A stretch of DNA of 51,563 nucleotides, from contig CAYTQP010000002.1 of NCBI GenBank assembly GCA_964440175.1, positions 1 to 51,563 of the forward strand, given 5' to 3'. The notes beneath the pieces were generated by a model, which ran no database searches, was not told the DNA's origin, and saw nothing but the letters and a program-made list of their open reading frames with translations. Source of the stretch: an uncultured Verrucomicrobiota bacterium (GTDB lineage: Bacteria > Verrucomicrobiota > Kiritimatiellia > CAYTQP01). Positions 1-8,943 of this stretch are shown piece after piece; the first letter of the stretch is position 1; every line of letters starts with the position of its first letter. Both the position numbers and the translations under genes were made by a program.

Positions 1-224
1 GCTGAACAGGCTCACGTTTATTCACTGCTGGGGATCCAGTGGGAAAAAGCTTTTCTTCCCGTTCAAACGGAGGTGAAAAAGGGAACGACTTTGTAGTGCC
101 TTTTGAGATGCTGCCTTCGATTACCAATGACTTACGCATGCAAATGAGAAACTTGGGTTAAAAAGAATTTTTTCGTGTGTTTCGTGGTTCATTTATTTGG
201 AAGCGTCCAAAAAATTGTGAGAAA

Positions 225-1064
225 TCAGAGGATGGTGTTATCGATCAGTCTTGTTTTCCCGACAAATACCGCCAGTGCCACGAGGCAGGAGCTTTTGATA
301 TGTTTCACGGGCTGAAGAGTGTCGGTATTCATAATTTCGATATAGTCCACTTTTGCCAATGGATATTGCGCTATCACCTGACCCATTGCTTTTTTGACAA
401 TGTTCGCATCCTTTTCTGCACGCATGTATAGCTGTTCGGCGGTATTCAGTGCCTCCCGAAGGCAAAGTGCCTGCTTCCGCTCTTCTTCGTTTAAATATTT
501 GTTGCGAGAGCTTATGGCCAGTCCGTCGATTTCACGCACAATCGGTGCAGAAACAATTTCGACGGGGAAATTCAGATCGCGGGTCATCCGTTGCAAAATT
601 CTCAGTTGCTGGAAGTCTTTTTGACCAAATACCGAGAAGGTTGGCTGGACAATATTGAAGAGCTTGGCAACGATTGTGCAAACTCCGCGAAAATGGTCTG
701 GTCGCGACTTTCCACAAAGCATCGGTGAGAGAACTTCCTCATGGACATAGACACTGTAATCGGGTGCGTATATTTCGTCTGTCCTGGGATAAAAGAGGAT
801 ATCCACATTCTCTTTTTCGCAAATATCCGCATCTCTCTCAAAATCACGCGGGTATGTTTTGAGGTCTTCGCCGGGTCCAAACTGGGTTGGATTGACAAAT
901 ATGCTCACAACTGTTTTGTCTGCGTACATGTCGGCTATGCGCATCAGGGAAGTGTGACCCGAATGCAGGTAACCCATTGTGGGAACAAGCCCGACAGTCT
1001 TATTCTGAATCCGAAGTTGCAAGGACAGAGACTGCATTTTTTCTATTGAGCGAATTATTTTCAT
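225..1064 (-). CDS. panC: Pantoate--beta-alanine ligase (pantothenate synthetase)
   Basis: 279-aa ORF. N-terminal VGLVPTMGYLHSGHTSLM (HxGH nucleotidyltransferase motif) plus FVNPTQFGPGEDL and FGQKDFQQ, all typical of PanC. Confidence 0.93.
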   Translation of the reverse strand: MKIIRSIEKMQSLSLQLRIQNKTVGLVPTMGYLHSGHTSLMRIADMYADKTVVSIFVNPTQFGPGEDLKTYPRDFERDADICEKENVDILFYPRTDEIYAPDYSVYVHEEVLSPMLCGKSRPDHFRGVCTIVAKLFNIVQPTFSVFGQKDFQQLRILQRMTRDLNFPVEIVSAPIVREIDGLAISSRNKYLNEEERKQALCLREALNTAEQLYMRAEKDANIVKKAMGQVIAQYPLAKVDYIEIMNTDTLQPVKHIKSSCLVALAVFVGKTRLIDNTIL

Positions 1065-1110
1065 GCCTACGCTGGATGGTATTGACTTAGCGGAAAACGA
1101 TTTATTCGTT

Positions 1111-1635
1111 TCAGCTTTGCTGGTTTAACTTGACCGGAGCCAGTTTCAATCGGATTGGAATCTCGATTTTTTCACGTATATCTTCATTCTCATTTACTCC
1201 AACCGCCCATTGCACGGCATCATTCAGCGCATGATTATTTCTTTCAAGCCTTTTTGCCAGTTGCCGGGCGAGACCTCTGTAGAATTTTCTTCCCAGTTCA
1301 ATATCGGTCAGCAGAAGCGGTTCGATCTCATCCTTTTCAAATTCAAGCACTTCACAATTTTTGCCAGCGACAACACTGGCGATGCGTGCGGAAACCCCCA
1401 TAAAACAAACCTCTCCAAAAATATCACACACATTGAATTTATCCAGTTTTTTGAATTTGTTTTCAACAATCTCTTTGCTGATGAAGACATCGCCCGAAAG
1501 CACCATGAACAGAGAAGAACCGGGTTCGCCCTCACGAATAATAAACTCGCCCTCCTCAAATTTTTGAAGCACTCCAATTACCTCTAACTTCTTAATTTCT
1601 TCAGAATTCAGCTCTTCAAACAATGTTGGTATCAT
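1111..1635 (-). CDS. Stand-alone cyclic-nucleotide-binding domain protein
   Basis: 174-aa ORF with the cNMP-binding beta-barrel signature (FGEVCFMG...ARIASVVA). No HTH or other output domain is visible. It lies 46 nt upstream of panC on the same strand. Confidence 0.75.
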   Translation of the reverse strand: MIPTLFEELNSEEIKKLEVIGVLQKFEEGEFIIREGEPGSSLFMVLSGDVFISKEIVENKFKKLDKFNVCDIFGEVCFMGVSARIASVVAGKNCEVLEFEKDEIEPLLLTDIELGRKFYRGLARQLAKRLERNNHALNDAVQWAVGVNENEDIREKIEIPIRLKLAPVKLNQQS

Positions 1636-1882
1636 AATCTTAATTATCGCTTTCTACTATAATTTTTCAAAGTTAAACGATACATTTATGCACAACTACG
1701 CTTCAGATTCAAGCTGAAATTTTAAATAGTTCAAATTTGAAATATTGGTGACTGCTGTTGCGACAGCGAAAAATAGTCACAATTTTAACCTTGCTTATAT
1801 CGCAGAAAATGCGTATCTTCGTTGAAATGTGGTGTAGAGTGTCTTTTAAACAGAGTTATGTACGAGTGATGGAGAGCGGAAC

Positions 1883-2458
1883 ATGAGAACTTTTATGCGC
1901 AATGAAGCCTTTACAATGATAGAGCTTCTGATTGTGATGGGTATAATAGCTCTGCTGGCAACGATTATGTTACCCGTCATAGGGAAAGCGAAAGTGGCAG
2001 CCATGAAAAGAAAGACAGAAACGGATATACACATGTTGCACAGTGCCATTACGTCTTTTAAGAACGACTATAATCGGTATCCTCTTCACGGAACGCAATA
2101 CGGGGGGGGGATTGACATCGTCTACGATAACGCGGAACTCATTAAGACATTGCGTGCCAACAACGATGTCGACAATCCCCGCAAGGTTACATACATGAAA
2201 ATAGGACAGACAAGCCTTAATCCCAACACTGGCGAATTCGTTGACCCATGGAGAATACCGGGGACACGCTACGGTGTCCCGTACTACGCATGCGTAGACG
2301 CCGATTATGACAACATAATCACGATCGCTCATCTCGTTGTCAACGGAAATGCTATAGGGGCGGTTACGAACCATCCCGTTGCGGTGTGGTCAGAGGGTGA
2401 TCTCCGAAACAGTAAAATCGGGCCCTTTACTTCATGGGGCGCGGAGTACATTAAGTAA
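1883..2458 (+). CDS. GspG-like major pseudopilin (prepilin-type N-terminal cleavage/methylation domain)
   Basis: The N-terminus NEA|FTMIELLIVMGIIALLATIMLPV is a class III signal with Glu at +5. It is followed by a GspG-like helix (KAKVAAMKRKTETDIHMLHSAITSFKNDYNRYP). First gene of a five-gene pseudopilin array. Confidence 0.75.
   Translation: MRTFMRNEAFTMIELLIVMGIIALLATIMLPVIGKAKVAAMKRKTETDIHMLHSAITSFKNDYNRYPLHGTQYGGGIDIVYDNAELIKTLRANNDVDNPRKVTYMKIGQTSLNPNTGEFVDPWRIPGTRYGVPYYACVDADYDNIITIAHLVVNGNAIGAVTNHPVAVWSEGDLRNSKIGPFTSWGAEYIK
2102..2110 (+). repeat. Homopolymeric G9 tract inside the pseudopilin CDS
   Basis: Sequence c-ggggggggg-att read directly. It encodes GGG in frame (tac ggg ggg ggg att = YGGGI). 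It is the longest G/C homopolymer I saw in the window. Confidence 0.95.
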
Positions 2459-2477
2459 CAAAAACAGGGAATCAACC

Positions 2478-3074
2478 ATGAGAAAAGAGAAGAAAAACAA
2501 TACGGGATGCGAGGGCTTCACACTTATGGAGTTGCTTGTCACCATCGGCATCATGGCGGTGATCATAACGCTTACGCTTCCATCTTTCACTGGACTCGGA
2601 CGGGGCGCAAAGAAAAACTCTGCCATCAACAATCTTAAAAACACTCTCTCTCTGGCACGCCAATGGGCCATAACCCACCGCGACACCGTCTCTGTAGTTT
2701 TCCCTGACGACAACTGGACCGACACCACCAACCAAAGGACGGACGACAAAAGATATCAGTCTTTTGGTGTATATTCCGTCAATTCAACAAATATCATCAG
2801 CGAATGGGTCTATCTTCCCAAGGGCATCATCTTTGACAAAGACCGCATCGCCGCTCTGCGCAAAGTGACAATAAGGGGTCACAGCTCTGTCCCCGTCATA
2901 GAGTTCAAGCAGAGCGGTGGACTTGTGGGCAGTGGTGCCAAGACAGAGATAGTGTACATCATCGAAGGCACCTATAGCCGTCAGGACGGCATTATAAAGA
3001 CATTTAAGGGAGCGTTTGATGCAGTAAAGGTGAACGGGCTAACTGGATTGTCGTATGTAGAGCGTGATATCTAA
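2478..3074 (+). CDS. Minor pseudopilin, GspH position (prepilin-type N-terminal domain)
   Basis: The ATG at 2478 gives MRKEKKNNTGCEG|FTLMELLVTIGIMAVIITL, a canonical G|FTLxE motif. The longer track ORF from 2379 overlaps the previous gene, so I prefer the internal start. Confidence 0.65.
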   Translation: MRKEKKNNTGCEGFTLMELLVTIGIMAVIITLTLPSFTGLGRGAKKNSAINNLKNTLSLARQWAITHRDTVSVVFPDDNWTDTTNQRTDDKRYQSFGVYSVNSTNIISEWVYLPKGIIFDKDRIAALRKVTIRGHSSVPVIEFKQSGGLVGSGAKTEIVYIIEGTYSRQDGIIKTFKGAFDAVKVNGLTGLSYVERDI

Positions 3075-3109
3075 CTCAACAACCACAACAAATCCATAAC
3101 AAGAAGGAT

Positions 3110-3664
3110 ATGTTTGATATTATGAAAACGAGACACAAAGAGAACTCATCGGCTGGTTTTTCACTTGTTGAGATTACGCTGGCGTTGATGGTTGTCGGCA
3201 TCGGCGTTCTGGCAGTTTTCGGAATAATCAGTGATTCACTGCGATCCAACACACGCACTCTGGACGATACAATCGCGGCGACATTTGCTGAGAGCGTCTT
3301 CAACTCCATATATGCGGCGGACTGGAACGAGACGGTATACGAACCTATCATGGGAAACGTCTTCTGGGGGACGTCTCCACAGAACACGTCTTCGATAAAG
3401 CTGGGGCATACTGCGGGTCAGCCCGGCATCAGTTATAAGTATGAAGGCATCGAATACTACCCGCTCAAATATGATCTACGGATAACATCTCGAAAGAGGG
3501 TCAACGGCATCAAGGTGGGCACAAATAATGATGCCGTCTGGAGATCAATTGTTCTCAAGGTGTGGATTGGAAAATTTGCGAATACCGGAGCAACTTCAAA
3601 ACCCCATGTTTTCTACACCGAGCAATACCGGTTCGGACTGGACGCATTTAAAGGAAATAATTGA
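3110..3664 (+). CDS. Minor pseudopilin, GspI position (prepilin-type N-terminal domain)
   Basis: N-terminus ENSSAG|FSLVEITLALMVVGIGVLAVF. At 184 aa it fits the size of a small minor pseudopilin. Confidence 0.65.
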   Translation: MFDIMKTRHKENSSAGFSLVEITLALMVVGIGVLAVFGIISDSLRSNTRTLDDTIAATFAESVFNSIYAADWNETVYEPIMGNVFWGTSPQNTSSIKLGHTAGQPGISYKYEGIEYYPLKYDLRITSRKRVNGIKVGTNNDAVWRSIVLKVWIGKFANTGATSKPHVFYTEQYRFGLDAFKGNN

Positions 3665-3665
3665 T

Positions 3666-4448
3666 ATGAAAAATACACAGAAAACAATATTTTCGGCATC
3701 GGGTTCTATTCGTGGCATAACTGGCAGGCAAGCATTCACTCTGGTGGAGTTACTGGTGTCCATGGCGATACTCGGACTGATTGTCGTGCTGATGGGAAAT
3801 GTCTTCTCCAACAGCTCCAAGGCTTGTAAGAACGGATTTAAACACAGCGATCAGAACCTGAACGGGCGGGTTATTATCGACTATCTGGCCCGCGAACTAA
3901 AACAGTCGGTCGCGGACGGGAAACTGACGCTGACTATAAAACCGGGGGACGTTTCCCCATACAATACTACGGGTTTGTCCGATGATATAACTTTCGCCAC
4001 ATTCGGCGGGAATAGACGAGAGGTTAAGCTGGTCAGATATTATCTGAGAAAAGGCAGTAAACCCATTGGCGGGGTTCCGGTTGACAGCTACCAACTTATG
4101 AGGGTAGTCAACACAAACAGTGTCAACGACGCCTATAAAAACGGCATGGGAATCATTTCCGACGGACCCGCCCAAATTTCGCGCAACATGACTGGATTTG
4201 CCGTAGTTCTAGGGAAGAAAAATGCCGGAAAAATAGAGATGGTGCGCGGGTGGAATGAGGATGATCTTCCGCTCTTTGCGGATATCTATATGGGAATCAT
4301 GGGTGACAGCGACCTTGTCGAAGCGATGCTGACAAGTGGCGCGTCAACATCCGCGACAAATTTTATTCACTCCAGAGAGATGGTATTTATGAAGCGGGTC
4401 TATTTCAGAAATCGGCGCGGCTACAACGAAGACTATGGTAGATTTTAA
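3666..4448 (+). CDS. Minor pseudopilin, GspJ position (prepilin-type N-terminal domain)
   Basis: The ATG at 3666, 2 nt after the previous stop, gives MKNTQKTIFSASGSIRGITGRQA|FTLVELLVSMAILGLIVVLM. The track ORF from 3528 is a 5' extension overlapping the previous gene. Confidence 0.65.
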   Translation: MKNTQKTIFSASGSIRGITGRQAFTLVELLVSMAILGLIVVLMGNVFSNSSKACKNGFKHSDQNLNGRVIIDYLARELKQSVADGKLTLTIKPGDVSPYNTTGLSDDITFATFGGNRREVKLVRYYLRKGSKPIGGVPVDSYQLMRVVNTNSVNDAYKNGMGIISDGPAQISRNMTGFAVVLGKKNAGKIEMVRGWNEDDLPLFADIYMGIMGDSDLVEAMLTSGASTSATNFIHSREMVFMKRVYFRNRRGYNEDYGRF

Positions 4449-4504
4449 ACGGGGGAACGTGCAACTGCGCGGAAAAGAAGAAGTATGAAAGGCGGGACGG
4501 CAGA

Positions 4505-6718
4505 ATGAGAATATGTAAAATTGAGGGTGGACAGAGGATCCGAAACGCGACGTGCAAAACCGGTGATGAGCAACGTCAGGGCATAGCACTGATCATGGTA
4601 CTTGGATTTCTTACCGTATTGACCATTATGGCCATCGGTCTGGCAATATCCGTCCGCACTGAGCGTATGGCTTCCAACAGCTATCTCGACATGGTTCAAG
4701 CCAGGGGTTGTTGCGAGGCGGCGTTGGCAAATTCCATGCAGAAAATGGAGAATATATTGCTCGATAATAAAACACCCTGGCAGCATATAGTTGCGCCTAA
4801 CTACTCCTATTATTTCCCCTCTGGAATGGCAAGCCGGTTTTCAGTCTTCACATCAATGAGCACGACAAACGACTATCTTCAAGACTCACTCCTGAACGGG
4901 ACTGCAACAAATTTCATCCCTTACTACAGCGAAGACTTTAAAGGGGTGTTTAGACCTGGCGCGATTTCAGATCAGGCGCGATGGGTACATGTCTCGCTGA
5001 CCAATGCCACTGTCGTGACACACGGACGTTATGTGTATTTCGCGATTGATATCTCCGGGGAACTGGATGCTAATTATATTGGACACACCAATGAAACCCC
5101 TTACGAGATCGCGGTAAGTGCCTTAAATGAGTTTGGAGATATCAGCGCATATAACAAATTTAAGAATAAGAGAGACCATGACGACATTCGTTACGAGACC
5201 GTCAAAGACCTGCGTATCAACGGGGGACAGGCCAATCCCGACAGACCTTACGGATTGAGTACTTTCTCTCGTTTCCCGCCAATGAGACGTATAAATGTTG
5301 ATAAAAAAAACAAAAATATAACCTTCGGCAAACTTAATAGTGGCTGGCCAGTGCTACTCGCTGAAAATAGTGGCAACTGGGATATGCCAGCGATCACAAA
5401 CGCCTTTAATGCGGCAATCAGAAACTCTGCTTGGAGAGCTAACACGTTACCGTTGGAAACTTGCGATGGAACCGATCTGTACTACTTATTGAAAGACTAT
5501 GTCGATAATAACTGCGAACCGTACGATATTCTAGACAAACCAAATGTAGAACCGATACCGATGATCAATGAGATTGGGATTAACCCGGGAAGTAAGACTA
5601 TGCTCGTGGAAGTTTGGGAGCCGTTTATCGGCCCAAACCGGTATACAGGACCATTTGACATAATCTGCACGATTAACGGTATTCCTTGTCCGCCGATTCC
5701 TTCGCTTAATTTCGTATATGGTCTCGATCATACAGCACCGCCACCTATGGTTGTCGACATACCGATTGTCATAAGCAACAATACTCCGGTAAATATTAAA
5801 TTTGAGTTGCGTATAGATGGCGAAGGTACTGTGGACAGTGTTGATTTTCAAAATGCAAATCTACTTGATTTTAGTTATCAGTGTGATGATCCGCGCTTCA
5901 ACCACCTGCCATCACAATGGACCAACCTTCCTATTGCTGAGGCAACTCTAGGCGATATAAACGTTAATGTGGTAACTTATGATGACGAGGGTACAACGGC
6001 GGAATTCGGAGATAAAGACGGGGACTATCTAATGTACTGTGCAAACCAGGATTTGCGCTGTGTGGGGGAGCTGGGCTATCTGCCAGTGGCTCCGTGGAGA
6101 ACACTTAAACTGTATGAAGATCCAAGGGACGGAAACTACCACGATGATATGGATTTGGTGCTGGACTATTTCACGATGCAACGGACGAATGAGGTCAAAC
6201 GCGGTCTGATCAACCCCAACTCGCCGTTCCCCAATCCGCGCAAATGCGCCCTCGGTATCACAACCGAAAATTATCCACACAAGGGGCTTGGTTTCTATAT
6301 AGACCAAACAACAAGAGATGGAAGCGGGATTCTGTATAACTATTTATTAAACCAGTCAGGGGTGTTGAGCGGCCAATTCCGCACTGCATCAAACGTTGTA
6401 GTCAACTTGTCGGATGCTGGTAAAAAACTGTATGATGCGCATCTCCTGAGTACGAAGAACCGTGACCCGATTAACTTATCCGAATTGAAGTTAGAGGATC
6501 CAATGCGACGGGCATCGCAGCTTTTCAATATCCGCCAGAACGCCATGATCGTGTGTGTATGGGGGCAGGCGTTGAGTGATGAACGCGACACGAACGGGAA
6601 GTTTATTGTCAAGGCTGAGGCTCAGGCCGTGGCACTCGTCTGGCGCGATCCATATCCAGTCTCTGATAAGAACCAGCATCACAGAAAACTTGTACGCTAC
6701 ATGCGCTGGCTTGAATAG
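4505..6718 (+). CDS. Oversized GspK-like pseudopilin (737 aa)
   Basis: N-terminus QRQG|IALIMVLGFLTVLTIMAIGLAISVRTERMASNSY. The hydrophobic helix lacks Glu+5, as in GspK, and the gene sits fifth after the G/H/I/J-like genes. The remaining ~650 aa show no motif I recognise. Confidence 0.6.
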   Translation: MRICKIEGGQRIRNATCKTGDEQRQGIALIMVLGFLTVLTIMAIGLAISVRTERMASNSYLDMVQARGCCEAALANSMQKMENILLDNKTPWQHIVAPNYSYYFPSGMASRFSVFTSMSTTNDYLQDSLLNGTATNFIPYYSEDFKGVFRPGAISDQARWVHVSLTNATVVTHGRYVYFAIDISGELDANYIGHTNETPYEIAVSALNEFGDISAYNKFKNKRDHDDIRYETVKDLRINGGQANPDRPYGLSTFSRFPPMRRINVDKKNKNITFGKLNSGWPVLLAENSGNWDMPAITNAFNAAIRNSAWRANTLPLETCDGTDLYYLLKDYVDNNCEPYDILDKPNVEPIPMINEIGINPGSKTMLVEVWEPFIGPNRYTGPFDIICTINGIPCPPIPSLNFVYGLDHTAPPPMVVDIPIVISNNTPVNIKFELRIDGEGTVDSVDFQNANLLDFSYQCDDPRFNHLPSQWTNLPIAEATLGDINVNVVTYDDEGTTAEFGDKDGDYLMYCANQDLRCVGELGYLPVAPWRTLKLYEDPRDGNYHDDMDLVLDYFTMQRTNEVKRGLINPNSPFPNPRKCALGITTENYPHKGLGFYIDQTTRDGSGILYNYLLNQSGVLSGQFRTASNVVVNLSDAGKKLYDAHLLSTKNRDPINLSELKLEDPMRRASQLFNIRQNAMIVCVWGQALSDERDTNGKFIVKAEAQAVALVWRDPYPVSDKNQHHRKLVRYMRWLE

Positions 6719-6777
6719 TTGTGGACTTAATGGGCGTAATGACGGGGAAAATCAACAAATAACAGCGGAGATAACGG

Positions 6778-8289
6778 ATGAGGCGCAGGAATTTTTTAAC
6801 AGGTGTCACGATAGCGGGTATGGTTGCACTGGCGGGCATAAGCAGTTTCGCGAAACTAAGACAGAGTCCCAATATTGTCTGGATATTCTCAGACGACCAC
6901 TCGATTCAAACAATCGGTGCTTACGGAGGTCGTTTTAAAAAGCTAAATCCCACTCCCAATATTGACACCCTCGCCAGAGACGGGATGATCTTCAAGCGCT
7001 GTTATGTCGGCAACTCGATATGCGCCCCCAGCCGGGCAACACTACTCACTGGCAAACACAGCCATTTAAACGGAAAATATGACAACAGCGGCGGGTTTAA
7101 TCAGGGACAGCAGACCTTTCCAAAAATACTGAGAAAACACGGCTATCAGACCGCCATGATCGGGAAAATACATCTGCCCGGTAAAATGCAGGGGTTTGAC
7201 TACTGGGAGGTGCTCCCCGGACAGGGCCGCTACAACAACCCTAAATTTATCACCGAAGAAGGAACCACCGGGTATAAGGGATATGTGACAGACATAATTA
7301 CCGACAAGGCTCTTGAATGGCTCACCGAAAAGCGCGACAAGAGCAAACCTTTTATGCTGATGATACACCACAAGGCTCCGCACAGAAACTGGATTCCCGC
7401 CAAACGTGACATGGCGAGGTACGCGGATATTGATATGCCTGAACCCGACAACCTGTTTGACGACTATAAAACCCGAACAACCGCCGCGCATAAACAGGAT
7501 ATGAACATTAAAAAAACCATGCGGATGCAAGGCGACCTGAAAGTCAATCCGGGAAATCCGAGGGCAACGACAGGACAATACGCCAAACGGAACAAGTTTT
7601 TCAATGAGCACAAACTTGAAGGGAGAGATCTGGTTAAGTGGAAGTATCAGATATATCTTAAGGACTATCTCCGGTGCATATGGTCGGTTGATGAAAATAT
7701 CGGACGCGTTCTTAAATATCTGGAGGACAACGGACTGTCCGATAACACAATAGTTATGTACTCTTCTGATCAGGGATTCTATATGGGTGAGCACGGCTGG
7801 TTTGATAAGCGTTTCATGTATGAAGAATCGTTCCGCACTCCGCTACTTGTGCGCTGGCCCGGTGTCGTTAAAAAAGGCTCCATAAACAACGATCTAACCC
7901 AGAACATCGATTTCGCGGAGACATTCCTCGATTTGGCGGGAATTCCAATTCCCGATGATATGCAGGGTGTCAGCCTTGTCCCGCTTTTGAAGGGGGAAAC
8001 CCCGAAAGACTGGCGAAAATATCTGTATTATCACTACTATGAATACCCCGGATGTCACAAAGTGCGACGTCATGAGGGTATTGCGGGGAAGAGATATAAG
8101 CTGATACGCTTCTACGGTAAGCATGTTCCCGGTGGCGAGGAGTGGGAGCTGTACGACCTTGATAAAGACCCGAAAGAGATGAACAACATCTACAATAATC
8201 CAGAGTATGCGACCAAGATCAAAAAACTGAAGACGGAACTGTCAAAGTTGAAAACATACTACAAAGTACCTGACCACGATAACCGCTAG
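6778..8289 (+). CDS. Sulfatase (formylglycine-dependent, arylsulfatase family) with Tat-like leader
   Basis: MRRRNFLTGVTIAGMVALAG is a twin-arginine-like leader. NIVWIFSDDH and CAPSRATLLTGK (the C-x-P-x-R sulfatase signature) are present, as is the later YSSDQGFYMGEHGW motif. Confidence 0.92.
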   Translation: MRRRNFLTGVTIAGMVALAGISSFAKLRQSPNIVWIFSDDHSIQTIGAYGGRFKKLNPTPNIDTLARDGMIFKRCYVGNSICAPSRATLLTGKHSHLNGKYDNSGGFNQGQQTFPKILRKHGYQTAMIGKIHLPGKMQGFDYWEVLPGQGRYNNPKFITEEGTTGYKGYVTDIITDKALEWLTEKRDKSKPFMLMIHHKAPHRNWIPAKRDMARYADIDMPEPDNLFDDYKTRTTAAHKQDMNIKKTMRMQGDLKVNPGNPRATTGQYAKRNKFFNEHKLEGRDLVKWKYQIYLKDYLRCIWSVDENIGRVLKYLEDNGLSDNTIVMYSSDQGFYMGEHGWFDKRFMYEESFRTPLLVRWPGVVKKGSINNDLTQNIDFAETFLDLAGIPIPDDMQGVSLVPLLKGETPKDWRKYLYYHYYEYPGCHKVRRHEGIAGKRYKLIRFYGKHVPGGEEWELYDLDKDPKEMNNIYNNPEYATKIKKLKTELSKLKTYYKVPDHDNR

Positions 8290-8384
8290 AAAACAGAGAG
8301 GTGAGCGCGGAACACCTGCGCCTGCCGCGCCAGTACCGGTTTGAGGGGGAAACAAAAAAGGCACATACGCTCGGCGATATTACC

Positions 8385-8858
8385 ATGAGAAGTGAATGGA
8401 TAATTGTGGATGGATATAACTTGATCCACCAGCAGGATAACGGAAAGGAGTTGTTGCGGCGTGATCTATTTCTTGCCCGCCAGCGATTGATCCGCGATCT
8501 TGAGATCACAATCCCCTCTCTGGCTACGCGAATAACCGTCGTTTTTGACGGCACCGGGGAACACGGCGGTTTTGACAAATTTAAGACATCCCCGGTTGAG
8601 GTGATTTTTTCCGCACAGGGGAACACGGCGGACACTGTGATTGAACGTATGGCGGGAGAACACACCCGACCGCAGGATATTCTGGTGGTCACATCTGACC
8701 ACCTTGAAACCAATGCGGTTTTGGGGTCTGGTGCCAACACCATCTCCTGTTCCTCATTTCTAGCTAGGCTCAACGCCTCAAAAACCACGCTTTCCGAATC
8801 GAAATATATCTCCAAAAGCGAAAGAAAACTGGGTCGCCTGGGCGACAAATTCCCCTGA
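8385..8858 (+). CDS. NYN/YacP-like (PIN-related) predicted ribonuclease
   Basis: WIIVDGYNLIHQ...VVFDG...EVIFS...TADTVIER...VVTSD matches the YacP/Rae1-type NYN domain pattern. The track ORF starts at GTG 8301; ATG 8385 sits just before the conserved domain. Confidence 0.7.
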   Translation: MRSEWIIVDGYNLIHQQDNGKELLRRDLFLARQRLIRDLEITIPSLATRITVVFDGTGEHGGFDKFKTSPVEVIFSAQGNTADTVIERMAGEHTRPQDILVVTSDHLETNAVLGSGANTISCSSFLARLNASKTTLSESKYISKSERKLGRLGDKFP

Positions 8859-8943
8859 ACTGTTCACGAGAAATCCACATCAAACACGACGCAGTCTATG
8901 AATAAACCGACCGGGTTCACGACGGATGCACCAATTCATATTC

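Noticed and set aside
2-139. Possible 5' end of a minus-strand gene downstream of panC (MRKSLVIEGSISKGTTKSF...), open to the left edge.
   Set aside because: Only 46 codons are visible. There is no RBS and no resemblance to PanD or PanB N-termini, so the evidence is insufficient.
2379-2477. Long 5' extensions of track ORFs (2379, 3528, 11660, 13963, 14873, 15417, 44989).
   Set aside because: Each extension overlaps the upstream gene or a promoter-like region. Each also precedes an internal ATG that gives a canonical N-terminus (prepilin motif, signal peptide, RBS), so the internal starts are preferred.
5303-5310. A8/T8 homopolymers in coding regions (5303-5310, about 14546, about 17523, 48141-48148, about 41598) considered as further phase-variation tracts.
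   Set aside because: They are frequent, encode Lys-Lys-type dipeptides, and also occur in essential genes such as infB. A/T runs of 8 are much less mutable than the G9 tract, so they are not singled out.
7066-7794. 242-aa ORF antisense to the sulfatase gene.
   Set aside because: It lies fully inside a gene with unmistakable sulfatase motifs on the opposite strand. Its translation is low-complexity with no motifs, so it is a typical shadow ORF.
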